A DNA stretch of 64,000 nt from the NCBI GenBank assembly GCA_001179505.1, contig CDMY01000295.1:186001-250000 (forward strand). Direction: 5' to 3'. This document shows, piece after piece, positions 13,085 through 27,200 of this stretch (its first letter is position 1; each line of letters opens with the position of its first letter). The position numbers and the translations under genes are program-made. The DNA is from Vitrella brassicaformis CCMP3155 (Eukaryota > Protista > Chromerida). The notes beneath the pieces were generated by a model. That model made no database searches, had not been told where the DNA came from, and saw only the letters and a program-made list of their open reading frames with translations.

Positions 13085-14871
13085 CTAGTCGCCGAGGTGC
13101 TCGTTGAAACCCTTCATGACGCCCGTCAGCTGATACTTGGCCACCTCGTCGAGCCGGGCCCTGTGCACTACTTCACGCACACCCGTAATGCCTACCACGT
13201 GCCCCCCACTGCCACGGAGGGCGAAGCACTGCAACGGCGGCACAGACACCTTGACGCGCTTGCTGCCCTGCTGCTCGTATCTCGTTCCCCCCACCACCTC
13301 CCTGTTGCTGATCGCCTCTGTGGCCGCCGACTTGACGAAGTGGCCGACGGCCGCCTTGACGCGACGTCTGAGCTGCGAGTCGCCGATGAGGTACTGGTCG
13401 ATGGCCGCTCCAGCAGCCGATGGCTCGTGCAGAAAGGCCCCGATCTTCCAAGCGATGGCCTCGGCCTCGTTCTCGCCGAATGACATGTTGGATGGGGAGG
13501 GGTGGGGGTGGCCGCCGTCATGGTGGGGTGCGAGGGGCAGCAGACGGGCGAGAAGCATCGAGTGGTCGCGCTGGGGGGCGAGGGCGGCGTTGATGGCCGA
13601 CATGGTCACATCGGGCAGCTCATTCAGCACCGTGGTGTACTCCGTCAGCACACACTGGCGTCTCCCGCCGTCCTCGTCGGGGGCTGTGGGCATGCGGGCG
13701 ATTGAGGGGGCGGCCCCAGCTCTCAGCAGCACGCGGACGGTGAGCTGTCTGCCGGGGATGACTCTGTCCTGTGGCTCTGGCGGTTCCTCCAACACGTCGA
13801 GGCCGTCCATCTCTTCATACACGTGAATGTCGGCAGCGTCGCTGAGGATGGTGCACTCGTGGTGGCCTGTGTTGTCTCTGCTGATCTCGTTAACTGCGAG
13901 GGGCTGGCGGCAGAGGTAGTGCGCCACACAGGAAGAGGCCCATATCGCCGCTTCGCGCAGTGGCGTCCCGCTATTCTCCTCCTCTGCGATGATGTCCACA
14001 CCGTTGGCCACCAAGAGGTTCATGTAGTCGTCGATGAAGGCCTGAGAGTAGCACCCTCCCTCGCAATACGCTGCTCGATGCGCCATGTTCGCACCATCCA
14101 GTTGTTCGGTCGCGAGAGTGCTGTCGAGTCGGATAAGTCTCCGGTAGATTGACATGAGGGACGTCTCGACGTCGGCTGAAACGGGACTGCCATAGTCGTC
14201 TGTGAAGGGCAGCTCCATCACCATCATGCCCCGTAGGCTGACATTGTGCTGGATCAGGATGTCGACAGCTGCCTCGTTGGCTCCTGAGATGGCCGCACAG
14301 ATGGGCTGCCTCCCGCCGGCCATACCGTCTTCCCCGTTGATGTCCGCCCCCCCTTGGATCAGTGCATTGATAATGCCGCGCTCCAGGTCGCGAGACGACC
14401 ACCTCGGGAGGACAACGGGGATGTTCTCCTCTCCTTCGTCACCGGCTGCCCAGATGGAAGGAATGGCGTTGCCCGTGAAGTTGTCGATGGCGAGGGTGAC
14501 GAGAGGGTACGGCAGGCCGAAGATACACCACTCACCACATTCATTCATAAACCACTCACCACCCCCCTCGAGCTCCCCTCGACGCAGTCGCGGCCTGACT
14601 CGAGCGTCTGCCGCTTGCCGCTGGATCAGATCCGCCACTTGGTCTGGGCTGTTGAACGTCCGGCGGATGATGCCATGGGCGAGTTGTTTCGTGGCATCAC
14701 TGGTGGCATCGTCCTCGAAGACGATGCCCGTGTCGGAGAGCCGCAGCCATCCGCACGGGAACGTCGTCAGTTCTTCGTGTGATTGCCTGGATCAACCACA
14801 CAAGCCAGACCAGATGTTGTCTCGTGCGTATCTTTCGTCCCTTCGCCTGCGTACCTGCCGGACGAGGTCAT
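13085..14871 (-). CDS. Ankyrin-repeat protein with a conserved-looking C-terminal domain; possibly truncated by a premature TAG
   Basis: Exon 1 is 14871-14855 (ATGACCTCGTCCGGCAG), followed by a 68-nt GT-AG intron and one 1.7-kb exon. ANK-like motifs LIQGGADIN, LLVANGVDI, GTPLREAA, VRVLLRAGA. Confidence 0.8.
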
Positions 14872-15230
14872 CACTTGGAAACTCAGAACTCGCTCAACGA
14901 TGAATCAAAAAGAGGCCGACGCTTGAGCCCAATGTTTGCGAGACACACACGGGAGGGGCTTTGTTGCGAATTCACCACCTCTTCACCGCGAAGCTAAGCT
15001 CGCAGCCCTGATCGGCGATTCTCTGTTTTAAGCCCGTGTTAGCCATTTTTCTGGCGGATCCAGCTGTGTCTGAGCCCGCCGTTCACGTGGTTGATCCGGC
15101 GCCCCAGCGGATCTCTCTTCCCGGCGCCGTTAGCTTCTGACTCGGATCTCTCCCTGAGTTGAGAGGGTGGCTGTAGCCGCATCTTCCATACGTGCAGCGG
15201 TGGAGCTGACAGGGCGCAACAGCCGCCAGG

Positions 15231-18200
15231 ATGGGCAATGAGTTGTCGGCCGAAGCTGAGGCGCAGAGAGGTGAGTGAGTGGCGCATTCATTTCAGCCGG
15301 CACGACCAAAGATGGTATGCGGATGCACTCGTGTGTTGCCGTCTGTGGGTGGGTGTCAGGCATCGTGCGCCTTCAGCGGAACGGCTATGCATCTGGCGAG
15401 TGGCAGCATCTGTTCAGGTAGGTTGGGCAGAACATGTCTGTATGTGTGGTCCAGGGGCTCATGAGGTGTGCTGTGTCCTTTGTCCGGGTGTGCAGGAAGT
15501 TCATCGAGATCTTCCCACCCGATCGGCCATGCACATGGTGAGTGACCGCTACTCGACAAAACACCGCAATGCTGCCTCTCTCACACACACACATCCATGA
15601 TGTCTGTCTGTCTGTCTGTCTGCTGCAGGCGCAGCAAGAAGGTGGTGGAGGTGTTCTTCCACCTCTTTGCAGAGACTATCCAGCACGCAGAAAGGGACAA
15701 CCACCGGAGGCACTCGTCTTCCTCCCCAGACGACTCCCCCCACACCCACACCCACGGCACCCACTCTGACGAGGGCAGCCCCTCACCGGACCACCACCAC
15801 CACAACCATCGGTATCCCCCCAGTGCCGACAGGAGTCCTCACGCCCACGCCACGAGCAGCGAGGAGGACACACACGGGGAGGAGAGCGGCGAGGAGCATG
15901 AGGGCGATGAGCATGAAGGTGATGATGAGGAAAGCGATGAGGACCACATGTTGAGCGACTGGCGGGAGGATCTCCGGCTGCTGCTGGAGTCGGCGGCGAG
16001 ACTCTTCACATCGGAGCCACTGTATAGGGTAGGCGGAGGAAGGGGAATGACGGCTGGGTGGTGTGTGTGTGTGTGAGAGAGTGGTTGTGCGTTTGTGTGA
16101 TTGTGTGTGGCTGATGCAGTTGTTGACGAATGTGAAGGTGGACGTGACTTTGTTTGTGAGTGTGCTGGCCCTCGACGCGCCCCCCGACATCATCCTCAGG
16201 GCCGTCCGACTCATCACACAGCTCAACAGAAACATGTGAGTATGAGACCGACCATACTCACACCAGACCACACATACCCACACAACTCCTTCCTTTCTGC
16301 CCTTCCTTCATGTCATGCAGCTGGCAGGACCCCGCCATGGACCGCCCAGTGACCCTCCTCAAGAAGCGGCTCCTGACCGAGGCCACCCTGCCCACACATC
16401 TGGCCTGCCTCAAGCGATGGACCGGCCCCCCACCGGCACTCTCCATCTCCTTCTTGGAGCCAGACCACAACGGCTCGCCACTTGAGGCGGGCGTCGAAGC
16501 GTGGCCGGCCGTGCTGTCGCCCCCGAGGCTGCAGACGCCCCCCCGGCGAGGGAGGGGTGTGTCGGCTGATGAAGACGGCGATCTGGATCAGATCTACGGG
16601 ATAACGAGCGAGCTGCTGAGCTACTTTGTGGATGCGGTTCACCGGCACCGTGCGACGACGCCGCTGTCGAGTGTGATGGAGTGTGTCAAGGTGTGGACGG
16701 CCGACTGCCGGTTTCTGCTCGACCTGGCCACGCAGCACCCGCAGCTGCTCACACGCGCACAGGTGGGGGAGGGGGGCACCAAGACAGACAGACAAACAGG
16801 GGTGGGGGATGCACAGGAAATCGGCAGGTTCTGCGTGTGTGTGTGTGTGTGTTTGTGTGGGTGGTGGGTGGTTCAGGCGTGTCTGTTGCTGCGGTCGGTG
16901 GTGCTGGACAGCTTCGAGGGGCCGTGTGTCTACACACAGGTAGGGTAGGGCAGGGTAGGTGTGTAAGAAGTAGACGCAGACAACCACATAGATGGACCCT
17001 CCCTGTCCAGGAAGCAGCCAGGACATCAGGAGCGCTCCTCTACTTCATCGGAGACACTCTCCAACCGACCGTAGACACACACGCGTGCACGCCAACACAC
17101 GATAGACACACACACTTTTCCCTGGCCGCATCCATTCAGTCTGGCGATGGCCCGACCCACTTCGGTTTGACGAGTCTGGACGGCTTTGCCGCCCCCCATC
17201 CCATCACCGACACCATCAAGCGCCAGGACAGCAGCAAGGCGCGCAAGGGCAAGGCCGCAGCCGCCAGTCGGCTCGCCCCACCGCCACCCCCACTGAGGCT
17301 GCAGCAGCAGCTACCTACCACGACTGCTGACGGAGCCACAAGTGAGGCTTGGATGGGTGTGTGCAGGGGTGAAGGACATTATGTCTGTGTGGTTCTTTCA
17401 TTCAGAGGGCCGTTCGTCTTATCTGGTTCGCGCAATGGTACCCCCGCCGGGCCCCGCTGACGTGCAACTCCTCAGCTCACACCTCGTGAGGGTGGTGGAA
17501 CACACACAGACAGACACAGAGGACCGTGCAAGTCTGTGTGTCTTCATGTGTGTGTGTGTGTAGGTGGCGGTGTTGTGTGAGAACAACCGTGAGTCGATGG
17601 CGCTGCTGTCGAAGCTCTTCCCGCCGTACTTCTTGAAGCTGCTGCAGGCCTCTAGTGTGGCCTTCTCGTGGTTTCCCTCCACCAGCGACTACCCCGCCTC
17701 AAGCACAGGGGCCGCCAGACTGTCACGGTATGATCGCATGATTGCTGCACGGCGTGATATGGGATCTTCACGTGAATGTGTGTGTCTGTGTGTGTGTGTG
17801 TGCGTAGGGCTGAGCTGCAGTGCATAGCGTCGACGATGCGGACGCTCAGCCCCCCGAGGCTGGCCTGGAAACTGGTAAGGGGAACCCGTAAGTCAGCTGA
17901 CTTACCAAGTGGTGCAAGTGGTGTTTGGTGTGCGTGTGTGTGTCCGTGTCAGTTCTTCGAGTCGCTTCGCTCCACGATGGAGGAGGTGGACCTCATCTGG
18001 AATGAAGCCGTCAGAACCGGTACTTAAGGGACAAACAAAACCGAAACCACCACATAAGATGCCATGCGTGTGTGTATGTGTATGTTTGTTGTCTCGTCGG
18101 TGCAGAGCTGCGCGAGCTGCTCGTCACAGAGACCAAAGCAATTGTAGGCTCACAGACACTCCACAGGGAGCAAAGACAGCGTTTCCCACGTTGCCTACGT

Positions 18201-21200
18201 TGCCTTGTCACAGGCGTTTGAGCGTGCCCTGAGGGGCGGCCAGCAAGTGGAGTGGGACGTCGCAGGTACCCCCTACACACAACACACAGACGGGGAACTG
18301 CCCCTGCCTACGGTGTCCGTGTGTCTGTGTCTGTTCTGTGTGTGTGTGTCAGCGTGTGACATCAAGATTCCCTCACTGCACAGCGAGGGGCGCGTCAACG
18401 GCTACTTTGTCCGACTCCTCACACCAGCACTCAGACACCTGGCCACCAAACAAGTACCACCAATGCAATGCACCCATCTCCTCTGCACACAAATCGACCA
18501 GTCGATTTGTGTGTGTATCGGCAGGGTCTGCTGACGTGCGGCGATGGCGGTGTGGGTGTGGGTGTGGGTGGTGCTGACAGCACCAGTGCCAGCGACACCG
18601 TCAGTCGGCAGAGCTCATCATCCCACCTCGACAGCTGGACACTCGTCGACCTACTCCCAGAGGTGCGCCCCTCCCCCGCCACGTTCGTCGACCTGGGTGT
18701 CACTACCGGCCTCCCAGAGGAGTCCCCTACACGCCAGCCACAGACCACAACGCCGTGGAAGCCCCTCACGGCGGCTTTGCAGGCCATGGTGGCCGATGAA
18801 ATGACCGCTGGGGCGGGTGTGGGTGATGCCGAGAGGAAGGCGATGCGGTTCATTTCTGCGAGTGTGTCGCCGACGGAGAACCCACAGGCGTTGAATTGGG
18901 CGTTTCTTGAGGCGGTGGCCGTGGAGGACAATGTCAGCAGGAAGGCACAGGTGAGGATTGGGGGAGCGAGTGATGGGCAGAGGGGGCTAACTAGATGGTG
19001 TGTATGTCGTGTGTGTGTCATGTGCATCAGATGCTCTATGCGTGGAGTCTTCTTTACGCGGCCTTCTTCGGTAAGTCAGTCACAGGACAGACAGACTGTC
19101 CAGCCAGCCAGACAGACAGACAGACAGACAAGGACCGATGTCTCTCTATTTGTGCACTCACTGGTGGTCTAGGTGAGTTGCAGGACAAGCTGTCGGTGCA
19201 CCACATTCTGTGGTACGGCAGCCCCGACCACGTCCACCCGCAGTACCGACGAGTCGTCTTCTACTTCCTACTGCTCGCCACGCAGTACACGCCAAACATC
19301 GACCAACTCATCGATGCCAACGGTGAGCTCAGGCGCCTCCTGTATCTGGCCGCACATGTCTGTGTGTGGGATGGATGGTAGGTGTGAGCCTGCTGCTCCA
19401 TTACTTCTGCGACTACCACCTGTCCATCAACCACCACCAGCTGCTGCAGGTGTCACAGCCAGAGAAGCCCTCCGCCCCGCCGTCGCCCCCTCGCAAGACC
19501 CGCCCCTCCGCCTCACCTGACGCTCTCGGCCGCCCCATCCCCTTCATGATGGACGAGTCCTCCCCCCCTCTACCCATCTCACTCTCCATCGGGGGGCGCA
19601 GCATCTCGGCGCCACCCAAGGCCCTCCCCCCTCCACACACACCGCTGCCACCTGCTGCTGCTGCGGCGGCGGCGGCTGCTGCTGGTATGGGCAGCATCGA
19701 CGCGCTGCATATGCATGCCGACATCGGGCCGAGAGAGTACGAGTACATCAACTTCTTCGCGATCCATTCACTTGTCGTGTGTGTGGAGGGAGAGGGGGTC
19801 AATGGCACTGGTGGCGGTGGTGGCCGGCCGTCGCTGCCTGCTTTTGACTCGCCGGACCTGAAGGCGCTGCTGCACTCGATTGAGACGGACGGGCTGTCTG
19901 AGGGGGTGTGTGGTGGTGGGGGTGCTGGTGGGGGGAGGGGGAAGCCGCCCTTCCCCTTCTTCAGCCACCACACGACCGCGACACACAGGGGCGCAACCGC
20001 AGCGAGCGACGCGGCATCGTCTCCTGAGGACAATCTGACAACATTGGCGTCCATCACCCCCCCTCCACATCCCTTCTACACAGCCGCCGTCGAGACCACC
20101 GACACACAGCCACCACCAGCAGCAGCAGCACCACCGCCAGCGGAGGAGCCTCAGGTGTATGTGTCGAGTCTGTTTGCGAGAGGTGGTGGCGAGAAGGGGG
20201 CCATCCGGGAGTGCGACATTGACGACTTCGAGTACCAGGTCGACGGGGCGGCCGCACTCAGCCACCTCACTGTGCGGGTGAGTGGATCGGCCGATGGATG
20301 GATGGGCCCCAAGAGTGTCTTATGCTGTGTGTGTGTGTGTGTGCAGTCCCACTGTGGCGTGGCTCTCCAATCGTCCCACAACCCCCTCCAGGCCGCCAGC
20401 CCCCGCGTCGAGTCCAGCCAGTACTTCTCCCGCCCCCTCAGCACAGTGCCCCCCTGCTCGGCCTCATACCGACACATCCGGCAGCAGCGCCAGGCCGCCA
20501 GGAAGCTCGCCGCCGAGTGGGCCTCCTCATCGTCACGGCTCCGATCGGGCTCTCGCGAGCAGCTGGAGCCCCCCTCTCCCGACCACGCCCCAGAGCACGT
20601 TGTGGCGAGCATCCAGGCCTGCAGGAGGTATCCCGGTGGGGAGGGGGACGACGTCATCAGCAGGGAGGAGATGGTGATCCTGCTGCATCTCGCGCTCAGC
20701 TGCGCGAGGCGCAGCGCCCACTTCACGCGGCTGCTGTCGTTGCGCAAGTCGCTCGAGCAGCTGACCAAGCTCCTGCTCACGCACGACGACACCATCCTCG
20801 AGGGCAGTGCGCAGCTGCTGCTGCTCATCCTGACGGCCCGGCCCATCGCCGCGCTGCATCTAGTGGAGGTTGGCCTGGTGCCATTGCTGCTGTTTGCCAT
20901 CTTCAAGGACCGCAGGGCCACCGGGCCGGGAGCCAAGACCACCCATGCCCGGAGGGGCAGCGCCACATCATCCCCGCCGCGCCCGCTGGCGCCGTCGAGC
21001 ACGACGCACACCGAGTCGGGGGTGTCACAGCAGCAGTCGCGGACGAGCTCGGTGCAAATGGGGTCTTCTTTTCGGCAGGACAAGTCGGCGATGCCGCCCA
21101 TCTCTGTGATTGAGGTGCTCGCCAAGCTGCAGAAGACACGTACGTCGCGTAACACACTTGAGCAGACAGACTCACACGCCTTCCCTCCATCCATCTCGTG

Positions 21201-24200
21201 TTTTGCTTCATGTGTGTCAGTGGCGGATCTCTCCCGCACCGCGAGCCGGAGAGGTGGCCACCACACGCCGGACTTCCCCCACCACAAGGCGCACGACACC
21301 AGCGAGCTGCAGGGGGTGCGCAACGCCATCGCTTTATGCGACGCCATCGACACGCTCCTGCCCCTGCCCATGGGCAAGCTCCTCATGATGCCCGACGGGC
21401 CGGCGCGGTTCCAGCATGTCGTTGGGGGCGAGGTGTGCACCCCTACGCTCGTGTGGAACAAGACTCTGCGGCACCAGCTCATGGCCGTCATTGTCAAGAC
21501 ACTCAGGCCGTTGTGTGAGAGTCTGGACAACGACCACTGCCGCACAATCTACAGCGGGCCACCAGCTTTCGACATCCGCTACCCCCTGGTGGACGAGCTC
21601 TTCGTCGAGGGCTTCTACGTGCGCATCGTCGCCAGGAGAGCGCTCCGCCTGTGGCTCACACAGATCTACCCCACACTCGTGTGCGAGCTGGCCGCAAACA
21701 CGCCGTCCACACACATGCTCCAGCAGCACCAGCAGCAGCAGCAGACGGCCTCCTCAGCGACGCCATCGTTTGTGGCGGGGTCTGAGAGTGGTGGTGTGGG
21801 TGGAGTGATGCGTCGGCTGGTGGAGCCGTTGGAGCGGCTGGCGACGGGGGTGAGCCTGGACCGTGCGGGGGCGGTCATGGAGCAGTGGATGGACACCTGC
21901 CACAATGTCGGCCTGGGCACCGTCGGTAAGACAATAAGGAAGGGAGAGAGCACACACACACCCACACACACACAGAGAGAGAGAGAGAGGGAGAAATGAG
22001 AGAGACATCCTACACACACTGGGTGTGCGGTGTGTGCAGAGTATCTGCAGCTAAGTCCGTCCACTGACGGCAGCGGTGCCGGAGAGCCGCTTGTCATCGC
22101 ATCTGGCCTGCTAAGGCGCCTTTCCAGTCTGCTGAGGGACCGCCTCGCCATCGACTCCCACGCACACACGCATCCACTCAACGACATGCACATGATCGAC
22201 GTGCTCAAAGCCATGGNNNNNNNNNNNNNNNNNNNNNNNNNNNNNNNNNNNNNNNNNNNNNNNNNNNNNNNNNNNNNNNNNNNNNNNNNNNNNNNNNNNN
22301 NNNNNNNNNNNNNNNNNNNNNNNNNNNNNNNNNNNNNNNNNNNNNNNNNNNNNNNNNNNNNNNNNNNNNNNNNNNNNNNNNNNNNNNNNNNNNNNNNNNN
22401 NNNNNNNNNNNNNNNNNNNNNNNNNNNNNNNNNNNNNNNNNNNNNNNNNNNNNNNNNNNNNNNNNNNNNNNNNNNNNNNNNNNNNNNNNNNNNNNNNNNN
22501 NNNNNNNNNNNNNNNNGGAGGGCATGAGTGTGTCGTCGCATTGGCGATTGCGTGCACCGTGTGTGTGTTTGGTTGGCTGGCTGTTTGCAGCGAGGCCTGG
22601 TGTGCACACTGGCCCCCTATGCGGCATATTGGAGCGTGCTGTCGCCATTCGCTGCACTGGGGAGCCTCCTCAGTCTCATCAAGGTACACACACACATAGA
22701 CACGTACCTGTGACCATCCCTTCATTGTCACCGTTGTCATGTGTGTCTCAGCCGGGATCGCCGACCTTCTTCAACGTCGACGTGACCCTGGAAGCGCTCA
22801 AGCTCACCGAGGCCATCCTCCTGCTGCCCTGCCCGTCCCCACGCTCCCACTCCCACTCCCACAGCCACACCACGCTCGAGAGCCTGTTCTACCAGGGCGG
22901 CTTCAAGATGCTCGCCACACTGGTGCGGTTCACCATGATGACCACCTACACCACCATGGCTATGGCGAAGTTGCCACCTGCCGTCATGAAGACGCCCGAG
23001 AGAGGAGGAGGTGATGCGGGCATCCAGATGACGGTGCAGGGGCTGGAGGGAGAGGGAGAGGGTGTGCACGAGGACTTTGGTGGTGGCGAGGGCGAACCTG
23101 GCGGCCGGCAGGTGTCGTCGGGCAATGGTGGTAGCGGTAATGGCGGTGGCGGCGGTGGGATGGTGTTCGGTGCGAGCCGGCCGATAGTGCGGACCGACGA
23201 GGTCTTCGCCGCCGTGGCCATGTCGCACCACCACATGACCTCTGGTAAGTCAAGTCCCGCCTCGTCTACACACACACATCCTCTCTGTCTGCTCTGCACG
23301 TGTGTGTGCAATGCAATGCAGGTTGCGCATCGTCTCTGGACCGCAGCATGTCCCCCACGAGTATGTCAGTCGACAGGAGCAAGACCACTCTCGGCCCGTT
23401 CCCCACCGACATGACGCCGGGGCAGGAGGACGAGCTGCCCACATTCCCTCTCGTGCCCGGCACAGTCAGGGCGCACACCGACGACATCGACAATGGTGGT
23501 GGAGATGACGACGATGGCCACCATGACACGGAGCACCTCGACCGAGACAGGTACGTCTCTCTGCACTGAAGGCTTGGATGGATGGATGGATGGATCCATG
23601 TGTGGCCGGCCACCTGTGGTTGGTTGTCATCCATCCATCGTAGGTTTGACCCCTTCGAGCTGCACCACATCGACCCCCCACTCGGCTTCTCGCCCTCCAT
23701 CCTCCCCCCCTCAGCCCCCCCACCCCTCATCACCCTAGCAGACGCATGCGGCCCAGACCCCCCTCTCTACCTCCTTCGAGGCTTCTCCTTCGTCAGCCCC
23801 CGGTCATGGTTCATCACCGAGGTCACACGGCGCGACCCCGTGCCGACCTACTCGCGCCATGGTGGCGGGGGCGGGAGCGACTCGCGGTGGACGGTGCTGC
23901 ACAAGGAGACGCTGGCTTTCGCGAGGCGGCATCGGCACACGCCGTTTCCGTTCCCGTCGCAGCAGCTGCTGGTGGGGCAGAATGTGAGGAGGGGGGACCC
24001 TGATGCCATCCAATACGCGTCACTCTGCTCATGTAAGGCACCCAGCCATCAAAAGAATGAATGCATCGACAGACCTTCCATCCTTGCTGTGTGTGTGCAG
24101 TGTTTGCGGCCATCGCGCGTGTGGTGGCGCCGCTGAAGCCCATGTGCCCTCCGCCATCCCTCCCCTCGCCCCCGCCCCTCACAGCAGCAGCAGCAGCCGA

Positions 24201-27200
24201 TCAACAAGCACTGTCGGACCCACAAAACGCCAGTGCCGTCCCCAAACCAGCAGCAGCAGCAGCAGCAGCGACACAGGGCGCTGCCACTGCCCCCCGCACA
24301 TCGTACTCCACGACACTGGCTCAGTGGCTGGGCTGGACGGACAAGGGAGCCGACGAGAGAGAGGGGACAGGGGGGGAAGGAGAGGACGACGGCAAGGGTG
24401 GCAGCCGCAGGGGGACTGGAGGGTCGCCGGCGATGCCCGCGGCACTGCAGGACGTCCTGTCTACCGAGCTTGACGGATTTGCCTCTCTCCTCGGTGAGCG
24501 AGCCACGCACTGCAACAGCAACACACCATCCAGTGTTCTCAACAACGTGTCTCTTGTCCTCTTCGTCGCAGGAATTATCATGTTCGACAAGTGGCAGTCG
24601 TGGATGGGCCTCGTCGTCGCCCTCCGCAGCCTGCAGGTCCTGCTCGGACGCGCCGAGGAGCGCCGCGCCGCATTCGCCGTCGGCCTGCCCCTGAAGCTTC
24701 TCACCTGGCTACTGGCAGCCCTCCCCGAGCAGAAGGACACCCACCACACCGCAGCCATGACGATGACCAACGGTGGTGACGCCGACACAGAGACCAATCC
24801 CCTCGACCAACCGCGTAAGAAGGCCCAGCCACTGGCCGGCCGCCTGCGGAGCGAGATGAAGAGCACCTGGGGGTGGTTCGGGGACTTTCCCGTGTCGGCG
24901 GTGCCGGAGAGCTGCGTCTTCCTGTACCTGCAAGTGATCGTGGCGGAGACCCTGGCGGCTCTGGCGGGCATCCCGCCGTCGTGCTGGGCGATGGGGAGGG
25001 AGGGGGTGCGGTGGGACCCGCCTGTGCGTGACGTGCACCTGCTGCTGACGCAGCTCCTCACGCCCGCACTGATGAGTCTTCTGTGCTCGGAGCACCATTC
25101 GCTGTTCTTCTCCTCGCGGCACTTCCCCCAGGCCGACCCCTTTATCTGGCCCACACCCCTGCCCAACTCCAATCTCGGCTCCATCCGGTCATTCCTGATC
25201 GCCCTCAACTCTGAGACGGCTGATGCGTGTCTGCTGTGGACGCCCTCGATGCACAAGGCCCTTGAGCAGACGGTGGCGGGCCATCTCGCCCCCCTACTGG
25301 AGTCGCCAGATGCGGACGTCGGTGACGGCGGTGGGCGGAGAGGAGAGGGAGGGGGAGAGGAGAGTGACGGAGCGAGGTTGTCTTTTGTGGCGTGGGACTA
25401 CGAGAAGCTCGTGACCTTCGACAACTGCCACCACCAGTATGCCCAGTTCGATCTCGACGCCGAGTACTACGTGCATGGCGTGTATATCTCACGGTGAGTG
25501 AGTCATCTTCGGTAGGTATCGATGCAGCCATGCATCCACTCTGAATGCGTGTGCGTGTGTGTGTGTGTGTGTGTAGGTTCAACGGGATTCCGTCGGCCAA
25601 GCTGCCGCCCCACGTGCAGGCGGCCCCGCTGCTCAAGTCCATCCTAGACTCGCTGGAGCTGCACATCAAGACCTCCTCACACGCCTACCACCCACCACAC
25701 GCACTGCACCCACCATCTACATCTTTCCTGGAAATGGTCCGCCCCTTCACACAACACACCTGCACTCTCTCACTCTCACTCTCTCTGTGTGTGCGTGTGT
25801 GTGTGTGTGCGTGTAGGGCGGAATTCACATCAACCATCGGTCGCATCATCCCGGCGGCGGTCGGAAGGAGGTGGGTGGCGACGTCGAGGACGAGACGGAG
25901 GGCGAGCTCTCCCCCAGACACAACGATGCCCGGACGCAGCTGCACCTCACTGCTGTCTTCAAACTCCTCAAGGGCGACTTCCAGGTGAGTGAGGAGGCAC
26001 CAACGAACGAACAAGCTCTGAGAGCAACGGTGTGTTTGTTTGGCTCTGTCTGTCCGTCATGACAATGATTGATGCAGGGTGACTTAGACCCTGGCGATGT
26101 CGACCCGACGTGGTTTGAGGTGCTCCTCAGGCTACTGCCGCCCCTCGATGGACCGCTGCCCAAATGGCTGCCGGTAAGAGACGAAAGATGACACCGACCG
26201 CACAAACGACACTTTTTCCCTCTCTCATCATCCTGCCTGCAGACGCTGTTGGACATCTTCCGGTGTCTGTCGTCGGCCTCTTCGGTGTGGTCCCGCCCCC
26301 GCGCCATCGCCGACTGGCTGGCCACCCGGCTGGTCCTCGTGCTCTGCTGGTGGCTGCGCACCGCTCCCCAGCCCTTCTCTCACGCCATCCCACGGCCGGA
26401 CATCCCTCTCCCCCTGCCGCACCCGCTGCACCCATTCCCAGCCGTCAGCACCGCGCCACGCCCCGCAGCTTCCACACTCACACAGAAGGGACAACAGCAG
26501 CGCAAGAGTGAGCCCCCTCCTGGCGCTGCTGTTGGGGCGCACAATGCCCTGGTGGCCGAGCCGCTGGCCCTGATCACGAGCATTCTGCACCAGCGGCGTC
26601 GGTCGCTGAGGACGGCGATGGACGCGGGGTGCCCTCTGATCACCCTGCTGATCATCCTGTCCCACAGCGGGCTACCCACTACTACCACCGCAGGCGCGCA
26701 GACGGCTGGGGGCGGCGGACAAGAGAGGGAGGGGAGAGAGGAGGGAGAGGGAGAGGCGGCGCGTCAGGGGGGGAGTCAGGGGCAGGGGCAGGGTCAGGGT
26801 CCGGCTTTGCTGCCGCTGCAGGCCGTCAGGCTGCTCGGGTGCTTTGTGAGCGCACAGGGTGCAGACGATGACGTGCACGGCTGCCTGTGTACCCTCTTGA
26901 CGCCACTTCGCGGGTCGGCCTTCTTCCCAAGACTGCAGTGCGCATATGAGGTGAGTGAAGTGGGTGAAGTGGGTCGAACGGGTCAATCAAATCAGAGGGA
27001 GGCGATACACATCCATTCCATGGGTCAACATTGGTGTGTGGCGGGACACCACATCTGATCAGGATCCCGCGCCTTTCTACGAGTGGTTTTGCGGTCGGTT
27101 CCGCACCTCCGACATGATATGGGACGACAACACGAGGGCTGACCTACTCAAATTCGTCCTGGCAGAACTCACCAACTTCGAGTGCGTGGGCGCCTCAAAC

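Noticed and set aside
13085-13087. Genetic-code reassignment or pyrrolysine/selenocysteine at the TAG
   Set aside because: TAG is an ordinary stop in PPDK, peroxiredoxin and the acyltransferase. This is a single instance only.
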